Virus record (IMG/VR): IMGVR_UViG_3300045988_007914
From: a virus
Direction: 5' to 3' (one strand)
Length of the DNA stretch: 46,574 nt
The number at the start of each line of letters is the position of its first letter. Within the stretch, counting starts at the first letter, position 1. Shown here one piece after another: positions 8,868-17,598 of this stretch. The position numbers were made by a program, and so were the translations under genes. The notes beneath the pieces are model-generated. The model had not been told where the DNA came from. It did not search any database and saw nothing but the letters and a program-made list of their open reading frames with translations.

Positions 8868-9377
8868 ATGGCAAGAATCCCTATGACGAGCGGTTTTGTA
8901 ATTATCCCGGAGGGAGAATACGTTTTCCGCATTTATGACGCAACCTATGACGAGGATTTCGGTCGTATCGAAATCATGCTGGTAAACGCACAGGGCGCAA
9001 CCCACACCGAGCGTTTCTCTATCAAGGATAAGAACGACGAGTACAACGAAAAGGCTCTGAACGCTTTCTCCTACTTCGCTAAGACGGCTATGAACGATTA
9101 CACGATGGAGGACATTGACCCGGAACAGCTTATCAATCACTACATTCGTGCAGAGGTTGTTCACACCAAAGTTCCGAGCAACAAAGACCCGAACAAGGAA
9201 GTCACTTTCGCAAACCTCGGGGACAAGTCTCCGGCAGATGGTTTCGACACCGAGCCTGTCGCTCGTGCGCTCACTCTCGGCAGTGGTAACAATGCCGCTC
9301 TGAAAGCCGCACCTAAGACACAGACTGCTTCCGCTCCGGCTAAGACTGGACTGGATATTGACGCACTGTTGGGTTAA
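8868..9377 (+). CDS. DUF669-like protein, possible ssDNA-binding partner of the recombination module
   Basis: N-terminal ..PEGEYVFRI.. pattern, disordered acidic tail ..LDIDALLG, position after erf and exo. Confidence 0.45.
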   Translation: MARIPMTSGFVIIPEGEYVFRIYDATYDEDFGRIEIMLVNAQGATHTERFSIKDKNDEYNEKALNAFSYFAKTAMNDYTMEDIDPEQLINHYIRAEVVHTKVPSNKDPNKEVTFANLGDKSPADGFDTEPVARALTLGSGNNAALKAAPKTQTASAPAKTGLDIDALLG

Positions 9378-9385
9378 GCAATCAG

Positions 9386-9417
9386 CCGGGAGGGGCAAGC
9401 TCCTCTCCCGGATTTTT
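9386..9417 (+). terminator. Rho-independent terminator
   Basis: CCGGGAGGG / CTCTCCCGG stem (one G-U pair), 8-nt loop, then ATTTTT. Confidence 0.5.
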
Positions 9418-9432
9418 AATAGGAGGTGTCGC

Positions 9433-9699
9433 ATGACAGATAATGTCAATCACCCGGCACATTATGAGACCGGGAAATTCGAGTGCATTGAGGTAATGCT
9501 CGAGACACAGGGCGTGGAAGCTGTTCTGAATTTTTGTCAGTGCAATGCTTTCAAGTACCTGTATCGTGCCAAGCGGAAGAATGGTCTCGAGGACATGAAG
9601 AAAGCCGTTTGGTATCTGAACAAATATATCGAATTGAAGGAGGGTCATAACTATGACGAAACGACAGTTGGTGAAATGGCTGGAAGCCAAACAGAGTGA
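9433..9699 (+). CDS. DUF3310-family protein
   Basis: MTDNVNHPAHY..ECIEV..NAFKYLYRAKRKNG signature. AGGAGG RBS. Confidence 0.65.
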   Translation: MTDNVNHPAHYETGKFECIEVMLETQGVEAVLNFCQCNAFKYLYRAKRKNGLEDMKKAVWYLNKYIELKEGHNYDETTVGEMAGSQTE

Positions 9700-10216
9700 C
9701 GCAAAGGCAGAGGTCGAAATCCAGTACGCAACGGCTGAAAAAGCCTATTTTGCACAGAGAGACGAAGCTCTGAAAATCAATGAAACTGTGGACGAGGTGT
9801 TCCGTTTGATTTCGGAAGCTGATACGGTGGCGAACCGCTGGAAAGAAGCTCTCGAGAAGGTTGAAGGGATTGATACTACCCGTGGTTGGTACACCTCTTT
9901 GACAACGAAGCTCTCTGATTTGTCTGATAAAGAGAACATTCGTATGTACATTATGAAGGATTTCACGGACGGCACTGACGCTCTCCGTCAGTTGAAAGCA
10001 AAGCGTTCCGAAACCATTCGTGAAATTGAGAAGAACTATACCAATGTGATTGCGAATGTGGAATCCATGAAGAACGCAAAGACGGCGGTTGAGTATCTTG
10101 AGAAGCTGGGGTTCGACCTGTCCGCTCTGATTGAAGCTGACAATCACCCTGTTACTACCGCGCTCACTGTGGAGGTAGATACCAAGTTTCTGTTTATCGG
10201 AGGTGAAAAGAAATGA
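9653..10216 (+). CDS. Hypothetical coiled-coil protein
   Basis: Track ORF with a GGAGGG RBS. Confidence 0.55.
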   Translation: MTKRQLVKWLEAKQSDAKAEVEIQYATAEKAYFAQRDEALKINETVDEVFRLISEADTVANRWKEALEKVEGIDTTRGWYTSLTTKLSDLSDKENIRMYIMKDFTDGTDALRQLKAKRSETIREIEKNYTNVIANVESMKNAKTAVEYLEKLGFDLSALIEADNHPVTTALTVEVDTKFLFIGGEKK

Positions 10217-10554
10217 CAATCAATGAGTATCAGACCGAAGCTCTCCGCACTGCGGCTGGCATGAACCACCCTAACAATGACGAGATTCTTCTTAATGGCG
10301 TTATGGGTCTTTGTGGTGAATCCGGCGAGTGTGTGGATATGGTTAAGAAGTACCGCTTCCAAGGTCACAAGCTGGACAAAGCTCACCTCGCAAAAGAGCT
10401 GGGCGATGTGGCGTGGTATCTCGCAGTTACCGCCCACGCTATCGGCTACGACCTCGAGACGGTGTTACAGATGAACGTAGACAAGCTCCGCAACCGCTAC
10501 CCGAACGGTTTTGAAGCAGAGCGTAGTCTTCATAGGCAGGAGGGTGACGTATGA
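10213..10554 (+). CDS. mazG: MazG-like nucleoside triphosphate pyrophosphohydrolase
   Basis: ..EALRT..GLCGESGE..ELGDVAWYL.. Confidence 0.8.
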   Translation: MTINEYQTEALRTAAGMNHPNNDEILLNGVMGLCGESGECVDMVKKYRFQGHKLDKAHLAKELGDVAWYLAVTAHAIGYDLETVLQMNVDKLRNRYPNGFEAERSLHRQEGDV

Positions 10555-11111
10555 CACTGGCAGAACGCATTGAAAAATTCAATAACCTCATGGGTGACAT
10601 TGTTCCCCCGGAGGTCAAAAAAGACCTGTTAGATAAGGGTTTCTTCACCGCTCCGGCAAGCACCAAGTATCACGGCAATTACGAGGGTGGTTTGTTCGAC
10701 CATAGCTACATGGTAGCTCGCTACCTCAAGAAGCTCACGGAGGAGTGCCGTCTTGACTGGCAGAACCCTCGCTCACCTCTGCTGGTTGGTATGTTCCACG
10801 ACCTCTGTAAGATGGACAACTACCAGCACCCGGTCATTGCTGAAACTCTCGGTGGTGAGGAAATCAGAGACGATTTCAAGTGGGAATACGCTACGGACAC
10901 TCTGCTCAAGGGTCACGGTGATAAGTCGGTTATGGTGCTGGCACAGTATTTCAAGCTCACCGAGGAAGAAATCATGTGTATTCGCTATCACATGGGAGCT
11001 TTCTGCGATAAGTCCGAATGGAACGATTATACACGAGCAGTGCATAAATATACAAATGTTCTGTGGACACACCAAGCCGATATGCTCGCTTCTCATGTAG
11101 AGGGGGTGTGA
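10551..11111 (+). CDS. HD-domain phosphohydrolase
   Basis: ..STKYHG..GGLFDHS..GMFHDLCK.. Confidence 0.75.
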   Translation: MTLAERIEKFNNLMGDIVPPEVKKDLLDKGFFTAPASTKYHGNYEGGLFDHSYMVARYLKKLTEECRLDWQNPRSPLLVGMFHDLCKMDNYQHPVIAETLGGEEIRDDFKWEYATDTLLKGHGDKSVMVLAQYFKLTEEEIMCIRYHMGAFCDKSEWNDYTRAVHKYTNVLWTHQADMLASHVEGV

Positions 11112-11114
11112 GGT

Positions 11115-11507
11115 ATGGTGGCAAGAATCCCGAATTTGGAGCTTCTGCTCTATAAGGCACAACAGGCTCTCGCCCATGACCCGGACTTCGTTCAGAAGAT
11201 TGCCGAGATTAAGGAGAATGATAGCCACAAGAAAGTCTACCTCGATTTCAGTGTTGAGTGTTTCTCACAGATTTGGGGTAGCACCTGTACCGGGTTCGAT
11301 GTGACCGAAGCTGGTGAGCCTGTTATGGCTGGTTCGGCTATGACCGAGGAATACACCACCATCGTACATGAGAAGACCACAGATACCTACTGTGTGTTCT
11401 TCGGAGACCGCCCTTGCTACAAGGTGGATAACCCGAGCAACGAGTTCTATGAGGACATGATGAAGCGTCAGATGGCAAGCCTGTCTCGAGCCAAGAACCG
11501 CTATTAA
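11115..11507 (+). CDS. Hypothetical protein
   Basis: Track ORF. Confidence 0.55.
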   Translation: MVARIPNLELLLYKAQQALAHDPDFVQKIAEIKENDSHKKVYLDFSVECFSQIWGSTCTGFDVTEAGEPVMAGSAMTEEYTTIVHEKTTDTYCVFFGDRPCYKVDNPSNEFYEDMMKRQMASLSRAKNRY

Positions 11508-11520
11508 GGAGGAATGAGCG

Positions 11521-12258
11521 ATGATTAAATTTGAGAAACCCGAGGTATGGGGCTGGGAACACGCTATCCGAGGAATGAGAAATCCCCTTAATAGCTGGGA
11601 ACGCTCCGACAGCTACCCGGCGGTTGACTGCGGCAAGTGTGGAATCATCGACCGAGAAGGAATCTGTCACCCGAAGGAGCATGACTGTACTCCGTATGAG
11701 TGCTATGCAATCGGTGACAATGATAAAGACCTTATGACCCGGCTCATTTGTAGCGGCGCACCTCACCGTAAGTTCCTCCGTCAGATTTTCGTATCGGTGG
11801 ATATTACCGCTCCTCTCTACTGGTGGAAGGAGTTCGATACATACAAGGTTGGCACGACAGCTAATAGCTGTTCCACCATGCACAAGATACAGGCAAAGGA
11901 GTTCACCTTCGAGGACTTCTCCTGTGAGCATTTGGACGAGCCGAGCAAGGCGATTCTCGGTGTTGTGATTAACGAGCTTAACAACAATCGTGGCTGGTAC
12001 AACGATTACAACAGGCTCGTAAGCGAGGGTGATTTCACCGATGTAGAGCGCAAGCAGTTTTGGTGGAATATGATTCAGCTTTTGCCCTCCTCTTTCAATC
12101 AGAAGCGAACGGTCACTATGACCTACGAAAACCTTCTGAATATGCTGGAATATCGCAGAGGTCACAAGCTGGACGAGTGGCGTATGTTCTGCGATTGGAT
12201 TCTCACCCTCCCTTATGGTTCGCTCTTGAAGGAAGGTGTGGGTAATGAACAGAGCTGA
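11521..12258 (+). CDS. ThyX-like (flavin-dependent thymidylate-synthase fold) protein with a substituted signature motif
   Basis: ITAPLYWWKEFDTYKVGTTANSCSTMH aligns by eye, residue for residue, to the ThyX signature ..aP....Q..RHR......S.RY, but RHR is TYK and SQRY is STMH. Confidence 0.4.
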   Translation: MIKFEKPEVWGWEHAIRGMRNPLNSWERSDSYPAVDCGKCGIIDREGICHPKEHDCTPYECYAIGDNDKDLMTRLICSGAPHRKFLRQIFVSVDITAPLYWWKEFDTYKVGTTANSCSTMHKIQAKEFTFEDFSCEHLDEPSKAILGVVINELNNNRGWYNDYNRLVSEGDFTDVERKQFWWNMIQLLPSSFNQKRTVTMTYENLLNMLEYRRGHKLDEWRMFCDWILTLPYGSLLKEGVGNEQS

Positions 12259-12661
12259 ACGGCGTAGGCAGAAGAAAGCCGGAATTAAGGTACAGAAAGA
12301 ACCCACTCTGAATCTGAAAGTCAGTGCTTTCGACCACATGGTCTCTCATGCGGAGAAGTCAGCCAAGGAAAGAGCGACAGCGGCGGCAATCCACGAAATC
12401 GACCGACAGATTCTTGAGCATGACGAAGCCTATTCTCTCGACATTGACGCAATGGTGCTGTGGACGCTTCATGTTTACCTCGGGTTCGGTAAGAAGCGTC
12501 TCGAGAGATTCTACCGGGATATGTTGAAGGAACACATTCACATGAGGGAGGTCTACGAAATGGACGATACCTACCCGGAACGCTACAAACTCAAGGAGCT
12601 TTGCAATGTCGATGTGGAAGCTCTGAATAATGAATTTAAGGAGGTTATACACAATGTATAA
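12245..12661 (+). CDS. Hypothetical protein
   Basis: Track ORF trimmed to the ATG at 12245, after AAGGAAGG. Confidence 0.55.
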   Translation: MNRAERRRQKKAGIKVQKEPTLNLKVSAFDHMVSHAEKSAKERATAAAIHEIDRQILEHDEAYSLDIDAMVLWTLHVYLGFGKKRLERFYRDMLKEHIHMREVYEMDDTYPERYKLKELCNVDVEALNNEFKEVIHNV

Positions 12662-12905
12662 GTTGAAGAACGTCAACGGCAGAGTGAACGCTCTGCTCCG
12701 CACCGGGAAGGACTTCGTAAAGAACAACCTCTCCGTGTTTGCGGCACAGCATATCATTGACACTGGTAAGCTGGTGGAATCTGACAACCCGGACTACCCT
12801 ATCTGCATTGACAATCAGTGGTATTTCGAGGATGTCGAGGTCAAAAAGACAGCGAAGAAAGCCCAGTTGAGTTCCATGTATGGGGAAATGAAGGAGGGCA
12901 AGTAA
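12654..12905 (+). CDS. Hypothetical protein
   Basis: Track ORF trimmed to the ATG at 12654, after AAGGAGG. Confidence 0.55.
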   Translation: MYKLKNVNGRVNALLRTGKDFVKNNLSVFAAQHIIDTGKLVESDNPDYPICIDNQWYFEDVEVKKTAKKAQLSSMYGEMKEGK

Positions 12906-13202
12906 ATGAGCCGAACTTTCTACTCCGAGTATGTGAATCATTGTCTGCGATTCTATGCTCGACATGACAGACCGAAGTTCCACTCGGAAGCAGACGAGCA
13001 TAACTGGGCGGCGTGTGACAGCGCACTCAAGTCGTTCTCCGATAATGACCGAGCAATGCTTCTGTATATCTATCGTGAGGGCGATACCGTCCCGGACAAT
13101 ATCTATCAGTTGGCGAAGTCCAAAGGTATCTCACAGGACAGCATTTGGAAGCTCGTAAATGAGCTGGAAAGAAAGGTGGCAAAGCGGCGTGGTTTACTAT
13201 GA
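12906..13202 (+). CDS. Small sigma-70-region-4-like HTH protein, candidate late-gene regulator
   Basis: ..RAMLLYIYREGDT..IYQLAKSKGISQDSIWKLVNELERKVA.. resembles a region-4 or ArpU/RinA-type HTH. Weak call. Confidence 0.4.
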   Translation: MSRTFYSEYVNHCLRFYARHDRPKFHSEADEHNWAACDSALKSFSDNDRAMLLYIYREGDTVPDNIYQLAKSKGISQDSIWKLVNELERKVAKRRGLL

Positions 13203-13983
13203 CAATATTCCCGAGGAATTAAAGAAACTCGACCAGTGGGTGTGTGCGAATGATGGAAGCAAAGTCCCCATGAAAGCATGGGAGAACGAAGCCGCTTCCT
13301 CCACCAACCCGGAAACATGGTCTGATTTCGAGACTGCTCTCGAATCGTACAACCAGCACTATTACGACTACTGTGGTTTCGTGTTTGCGGACAATGGGTA
13401 TGTCGGGATTGATATTGACGAGGGGTACGATGAAGACGGTCTTATGAGTGTCCTCGGGGCTGATATTGTCGGTAAGTGCCACAGCTATACGGAGAAATCC
13501 CGGAGTGGGCGTGGATTCCATATCCTACTCCGTGGAACTCTCCCCTTCAAGGGCAAGAACAATCTTGCTGGCGTGGAGATTTACAAGGCGGCTCGATACT
13601 TCATTATGACTGGGAACACCCTTCTCTACCGAGAAATCATCGAGAACCAAGAAGCGATTGATTATGTGGTGGAGAAATACTTCCCGGAAGCTCGAGAGAC
13701 CTCCGATAAGGTGGTTGTTGGGCGAGACAAGATATACGCCCCGGTATGGGAAGAACCTGTCGTAAATGGGCGTGTAAAGCTCCGTCCAGTATATCCAAGA
13801 ATCCCGGACGGAAGCCGCAATATCTGTCTCACCTCCCTCGCTGGTATGCTCCACAATCAAGGCTATTCCAAGTCACAGATTTACGAGGAGCTGTTGTACG
13901 CCAATACGGTTGCCTGTGACCCACCTCTTGATAGGAACGAACTGCGAACTATCTGCAACAGCGTCACGAGGTACAAGCGATGA
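13159..13983 (+). CDS. Bifunctional primase-polymerase (prim-pol) with a PriCT-like C-terminus
   Basis: ..GIDIDEG..SRSGRGFHIL..; start uncertain. Confidence 0.7.
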   Translation: MSWKERWQSGVVYYDNIPEELKKLDQWVCANDGSKVPMKAWENEAASSTNPETWSDFETALESYNQHYYDYCGFVFADNGYVGIDIDEGYDEDGLMSVLGADIVGKCHSYTEKSRSGRGFHILLRGTLPFKGKNNLAGVEIYKAARYFIMTGNTLLYREIIENQEAIDYVVEKYFPEARETSDKVVVGRDKIYAPVWEEPVVNGRVKLRPVYPRIPDGSRNICLTSLAGMLHNQGYSKSQIYEELLYANTVACDPPLDRNELRTICNSVTRYKR

Positions 13984-14180
13984 AGATTAAATGCTGTAAG
14001 GACTGCGTTGCTCCGAAGCGACACCCCGGCTGTCACGGTGTATGTCCCGAGTACCTATACGAAAAGGCACTGTGGGAGGAAGAAAAGAAAGTCATTCGTG
14101 AGGAACATAGGCGATTCAGTGAGCTATACGAGCAACGCTCCGAGGGAGTGCGAAAAGCACTTAAACATAGAAGACGATAA
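13980..14180 (+). CDS. Small Cys-rich protein
   Basis: MKIKCCKDCVAPKRHPGCHGVCPE.. Confidence 0.5.
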   Translation: MKIKCCKDCVAPKRHPGCHGVCPEYLYEKALWEEEKKVIREEHRRFSELYEQRSEGVRKALKHRRR

Positions 14181-14193
14181 CTTGCACAGAAAA

Positions 14194-14245
14194 GATAAAA
14201 ATTTATCTTTTAGGTATTGACATTCAATCTTGTATGTGTTATCTT
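14194..14245 (+). promoter_or_regulatory. Operator GATAAAAATTTATC plus an extended -10 promoter (TTGACA-17-TGT-TATCTT)
   Basis: Palindrome at 14194-14207, a 9-nt gap, TTGACA at 14217-14222, TATCTT at 14240-14245. The whole unit is homologous to 20600-20714. Confidence 0.55.
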
Positions 14246-14298
14246 ATAATCACAGCAAGGCAAAAACTTATCCAATAAAGATTAAGGAGGATTTTATC

Positions 14299-14886
14299 AT
14301 GGAAGTTATGAGAAACATGACTATTGACACTGAACTGTTTGAACTGGGAGACATTATCTCCTTCACACTCATCACCGGGGAGAAGGTTAAAGCGAAAGCC
14401 ATTCGTGAGACCCCGAACGGTATGCTTTTCATTACCGTTGACTGTCTCAAGGACGAGCAGAAAATGTTCGAGAATCCCGGCAGAGCCGAAAAGGTTGACT
14501 ACGAACATTCCGACCTTCGCAAGAAGCTGAACGGAGAAATCTTCGAGAGCTTCCCGGAGGAAATCAAGGGTCGCATGGTTGGTATGCGAGTAGGTCAGAC
14601 GAACTGCTTTGATATGCTCCGTATTCCTACCGAGCGTGAAATCTTCGGAGAGAACCCTTACGGTAAGGACGAGCCTGTATCTGTGAGACGCTTCTACGGC
14701 ATGGAGAACCGCCGTGAGCGTATCGCTTTCCAAGGCTCGGAGACAGGTACATGGGAATGGTACTGGTTGCAGAACAAGGTTGAGGATTCCGCTTCCCTTT
14801 TCGCCAGTGTCGACGGCGACGGTCGTGCGGCCTGCGGCGACGCTTCCGATTCTTTTGGCGTTCGCCCGGTCTTTCTCTTATCCTAA
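14299..14886 (+). CDS. DGR target protein 2 (195 aa, C-type-lectin/DUF6273-like fold, no signal peptide or structural N-domain seen)
   Basis: Track ORF trimmed to the ATG at 14299, after AAGGAGG. C-terminus ..WEWYWLQNKVEDSASLFASVDGDGRAACGDASDSFGVRPVFLLS carries VR2. Confidence 0.85.
   Translation: MEVMRNMTIDTELFELGDIISFTLITGEKVKAKAIRETPNGMLFITVDCLKDEQKMFENPGRAEKVDYEHSDLRKKLNGEIFESFPEEIKGRMVGMRVGQTNCFDMLRIPTEREIFGENPYGKDEPVSVRRFYGMENRRERIAFQGSETGTWEWYWLQNKVEDSASLFASVDGDGRAACGDASDSFGVRPVFLLS
14785..14869 (+). repeat. DGR variable repeat VR2
   Basis: 85 nt align without gaps to TR 42232-42316. All 18 mismatches fall on TR adenines. Confidence 0.9.
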
Positions 14887-14889
14887 AAT

Positions 14890-14910
14890 CTCGCCCCCTT
14901 GTGGGGCGAG
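14890..14910 (+). promoter_or_regulatory. GC hairpin 20 nt after VR2 (CTCGCCCC-CTTGT-GGGGCGAG)
   Basis: 8-bp stem and 5-nt loop. A near-identical copy lies at 41651-41671. Confidence 0.7.
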
Positions 14911-14936
14911 TTCAATAAAGAACGGAGGTGAATGTC

Positions 14937-15107
14937 GTGCAGACAAGATGTGAAGACTGTAAGAAAAGATGTGTCTGCCACGCTTGCCCTCTACATAATC
15001 AATGCCGCTACACTTTGAGGTGTAAATCCTCAAAGTGTTACTGCGGAAAATATAGGAGGTTATCAGAAAATGGAACAGAACAAAATCTGTCCTCTCCTCA
15101 CGACTAA
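14937..15107 (+). CDS. Possible Cys-rich small protein (56 aa, GTG start)
   Basis: GGAGGTG lies 6 nt upstream. Own translation: MQTRCEDCKKRCVCHACPLHNQCRYTLRCKSSKCYCGKY.. It is below the track cutoff. Confidence 0.3.
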   Translation: MQTRCEDCKKRCVCHACPLHNQCRYTLRCKSSKCYCGKYRRLSENGTEQNLSSPHD

Positions 15108-15237
15108 CACTGTCGTAGACGAGAATAACACCGTGAAAATTGGCACACAGCCTGTTTTCTGCGTAACCGAGCAGTGTTCGTGGTGGTTGGAGGACAAACA
15201 GAAATGTGCAATCGCAGTTATGGGAGGTAAGAAATAA
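15070..15237 (+). CDS. Small protein (55 aa), TAATG-coupled to the MazF-like gene
   Basis: AGGAGG RBS. MEQNKICPLLTTNTVVDENNTVKIGTQPVFCVTEQCSWWLEDKQKCAIAVMGGKK. Confidence 0.4.
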   Translation: MEQNKICPLLTTNTVVDENNTVKIGTQPVFCVTEQCSWWLEDKQKCAIAVMGGKK

Positions 15238-15695
15238 TGGCATATTACATGAATAAGAGCGTCCCGGCGAAGCGAGGAGATATTTTCTACATTTCCAACT
15301 CCAAGTGCTACGCCACAGACCCGAGTAATACAGAGGGAAGACCAGCAATCGTTGTCTCCTCTGATAAATTGAATGAACACGCAGATGTTGTCGAGGTAGT
15401 CTTTCTCACCACCAAGGAAAAGCGTCTCATGCCTACTCACGCAGAGGTGCTGTGCAAGATTCCTTCAACTGCTCTGTGTGAGACCATCTATACGGTCAAT
15501 AAGGACAGGCTGGGCGATTTCGTCCGTACCTGTACCGATAAGGAAATGGAGGGTGTCAATGCTGGAATCCTCTGCTCACTCGGTATCGCCGCTCCTGTGG
15601 TCGATGGTGAGCCTGTTGACAACTCTGTAACGGTCGAGAGGAATCTTTACAAGCACCTCTACGAAGACCTTCTCAATAAGGTAATGGCGAGGTGA
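15237..15695 (+). CDS. PemK/MazF-fold toxin-like protein with a ~40-aa C-terminal extension
   Basis: ..AKRGDIFYI..EGRPAIVVSSD..VVEVVFLTTK.. matches the MazF/PemK N-terminal pattern. Confidence 0.6.
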   Translation: MAYYMNKSVPAKRGDIFYISNSKCYATDPSNTEGRPAIVVSSDKLNEHADVVEVVFLTTKEKRLMPTHAEVLCKIPSTALCETIYTVNKDRLGDFVRTCTDKEMEGVNAGILCSLGIAAPVVDGEPVDNSVTVERNLYKHLYEDLLNKVMAR

Positions 15696-16108
15696 TGGAT
15701 ATGGGTAAAGGAGTTGATATGAGCTGGGAAGACATTCAGAATGAGTTCGACATTATGAACCGAATGTCGTGCCGCCCGGTTGGGTTGCAAAAAGTCCCCG
15801 GCAATCATATTTTCGATGAAGACCAGTCTGTGAAATGGAACAGAGAACAGGTCGAATTGAATAACAAGAAGTATCAGAGTGAAGTCGCTCGGCTCAACAC
15901 CGAGAAGAACAAGGCTCGAGATTCCGTCTACAATCTGATTATCGAAAAGATTCAGTATGAGGTGGGTCACAGGCTCTCTCGCAAGAAAGCGGAAGCCATT
16001 TGGAATCGTGCCTATGAGGACGGACACTCTTTCGGATTCTATGAAATCCGTTGCCGCCTGTCAGACCTTATTGATTTGGCGATTACTCTGCTGGGAGGTG
16101 ATAAGTAA
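15692..16108 (+). CDS. Hypothetical protein
   Basis: Track ORF. Confidence 0.55.
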   Translation: MMDMGKGVDMSWEDIQNEFDIMNRMSCRPVGLQKVPGNHIFDEDQSVKWNREQVELNNKKYQSEVARLNTEKNKARDSVYNLIIEKIQYEVGHRLSRKKAEAIWNRAYEDGHSFGFYEIRCRLSDLIDLAITLLGGDK

Positions 16109-17598
16109 TGCAAGAGCTTTTCGAGACACGCAACGGTCGTGTCATTATGGACGAGGACTTATCCTCAAAGATGTATCTGATTAAGCAGTATCACCCCGAG
16201 AAAGCAGACGAGACCAGCTCCGGGTTTGAGTGGTCTGAAATGGGTATGGCAAACCTGTTCGGCTTGCTCTACTCTCACGAAGCTCGCTACTGCCCGGAAC
16301 ACAAGAGCTGGTACACCTATCACGAGGGAGCATGGCGTAAGGACGAGGGAGCAATTCTCGTGTCCGAGAAGATTAAAGATTTCGTCCGTCTAATGATTCT
16401 CTACTGCGGAGAAATCGAGGACGATGATACCCGAAAGTCCTACACCGGGTTCGTAAATAAGATGGGTGACAGGCGTATGCGAGATAGAATCCTCAAGGAC
16501 GCAACAGGTGAGCTTCGTATCTCTGCTGTGCAGTTTGACGCAGACCCCTATCTCATTAACTGTCTCAATGGTACATACGACCTTCGAGACTTCTCCTTCC
16601 GGGAACATAGCTGGGACGATTTTCTCACCATGCAGACAGCATTTAGCCATACTATCTCCAAGACGGTTAAGTGTAAACGCTGGGAGAAGTTCATTAAAGA
16701 GGTCACACAGAATGACGAGGACAAAGCAGACTTCCTTCAAAGGGCTTTGGGCTACTCCATGCTGGGTATGAGCAATGAGGAGTGTATGTTCATTCTTCAT
16801 GGTAAGACCACTCGTAACGGTAAGTCTACTCTGCTCAACACCATCGAGACTATGCTCGGTGACTATGCCAAGGTTGCCCCGGTCGGTATGATTTGCCGTG
16901 GAGACCGTCAGAAGGACGCAGAAGCCGCCAGTCCTACCCTTGCCGGGTTGAAGGGCAAACGCTTCGTAACAATGTCCGAGAGCAACGAATACGGCAAGCT
17001 GGACGAGGAGAAAATCAAACAGCTTACAGGTGGTGAGGAAATCTCCGCTCGTGCGCTGTATCAGTCGGCAATCACATTCAAGCCGCAGTTTACGTTATGG
17101 CTTTCCTGTAACGACCTTCCGATGGTGACAGACAAGTCCCTGTTCGCTTCCGAGCGTATCAAGGTGGTAGAGTTCAACCGCCACTTCTCCCCGGAGGAAC
17201 AGGACACTCACCTCAAGGACGAGCTGTGTGAGCAGTCCAGCATGAGCGGCATTTTCATGTGGCTGGTGCGTGGGTATATCCACTACAAGGAGCGTGGACT
17301 TGCTATGAGCGGCAGTCTGAAATCGGTTGTCACCAAGTACGAGCGTGATAACGACCTCGTGTTGCAGTTCCTCGAGAACCGCTGTGAGCGTGTCCCGGAG
17401 GAAAGCTCACCGACCGTTATCAAGGCGAAAGACCTGTACAACGCTTTCAAGATTTGGGCGAAGTCCGAGGGTGCTTATATCCTGTCGGCTCGTAAGTTCA
17501 ATTCTGAAATGGAGCGTCACCCGGAGTGGTTCGACAGGAAATCGACCTCGAGTGGTTATGCAACCTATTGTGGTCTGAAATTGAAGGAGGTGCTGTAA
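16108..17598 (+). CDS. D5/P4-family primase-helicase (SF3 NTPase)
   Basis: ..DPYLINCLNGTYDL.., Walker A HGKTTRNGKST. Confidence 0.85.
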   Translation: MQELFETRNGRVIMDEDLSSKMYLIKQYHPEKADETSSGFEWSEMGMANLFGLLYSHEARYCPEHKSWYTYHEGAWRKDEGAILVSEKIKDFVRLMILYCGEIEDDDTRKSYTGFVNKMGDRRMRDRILKDATGELRISAVQFDADPYLINCLNGTYDLRDFSFREHSWDDFLTMQTAFSHTISKTVKCKRWEKFIKEVTQNDEDKADFLQRALGYSMLGMSNEECMFILHGKTTRNGKSTLLNTIETMLGDYAKVAPVGMICRGDRQKDAEAASPTLAGLKGKRFVTMSESNEYGKLDEEKIKQLTGGEEISARALYQSAITFKPQFTLWLSCNDLPMVTDKSLFASERIKVVEFNRHFSPEEQDTHLKDELCEQSSMSGIFMWLVRGYIHYKERGLAMSGSLKSVVTKYERDNDLVLQFLENRCERVPEESSPTVIKAKDLYNAFKIWAKSEGAYILSARKFNSEMERHPEWFDRKSTSSGYATYCGLKLKEVL

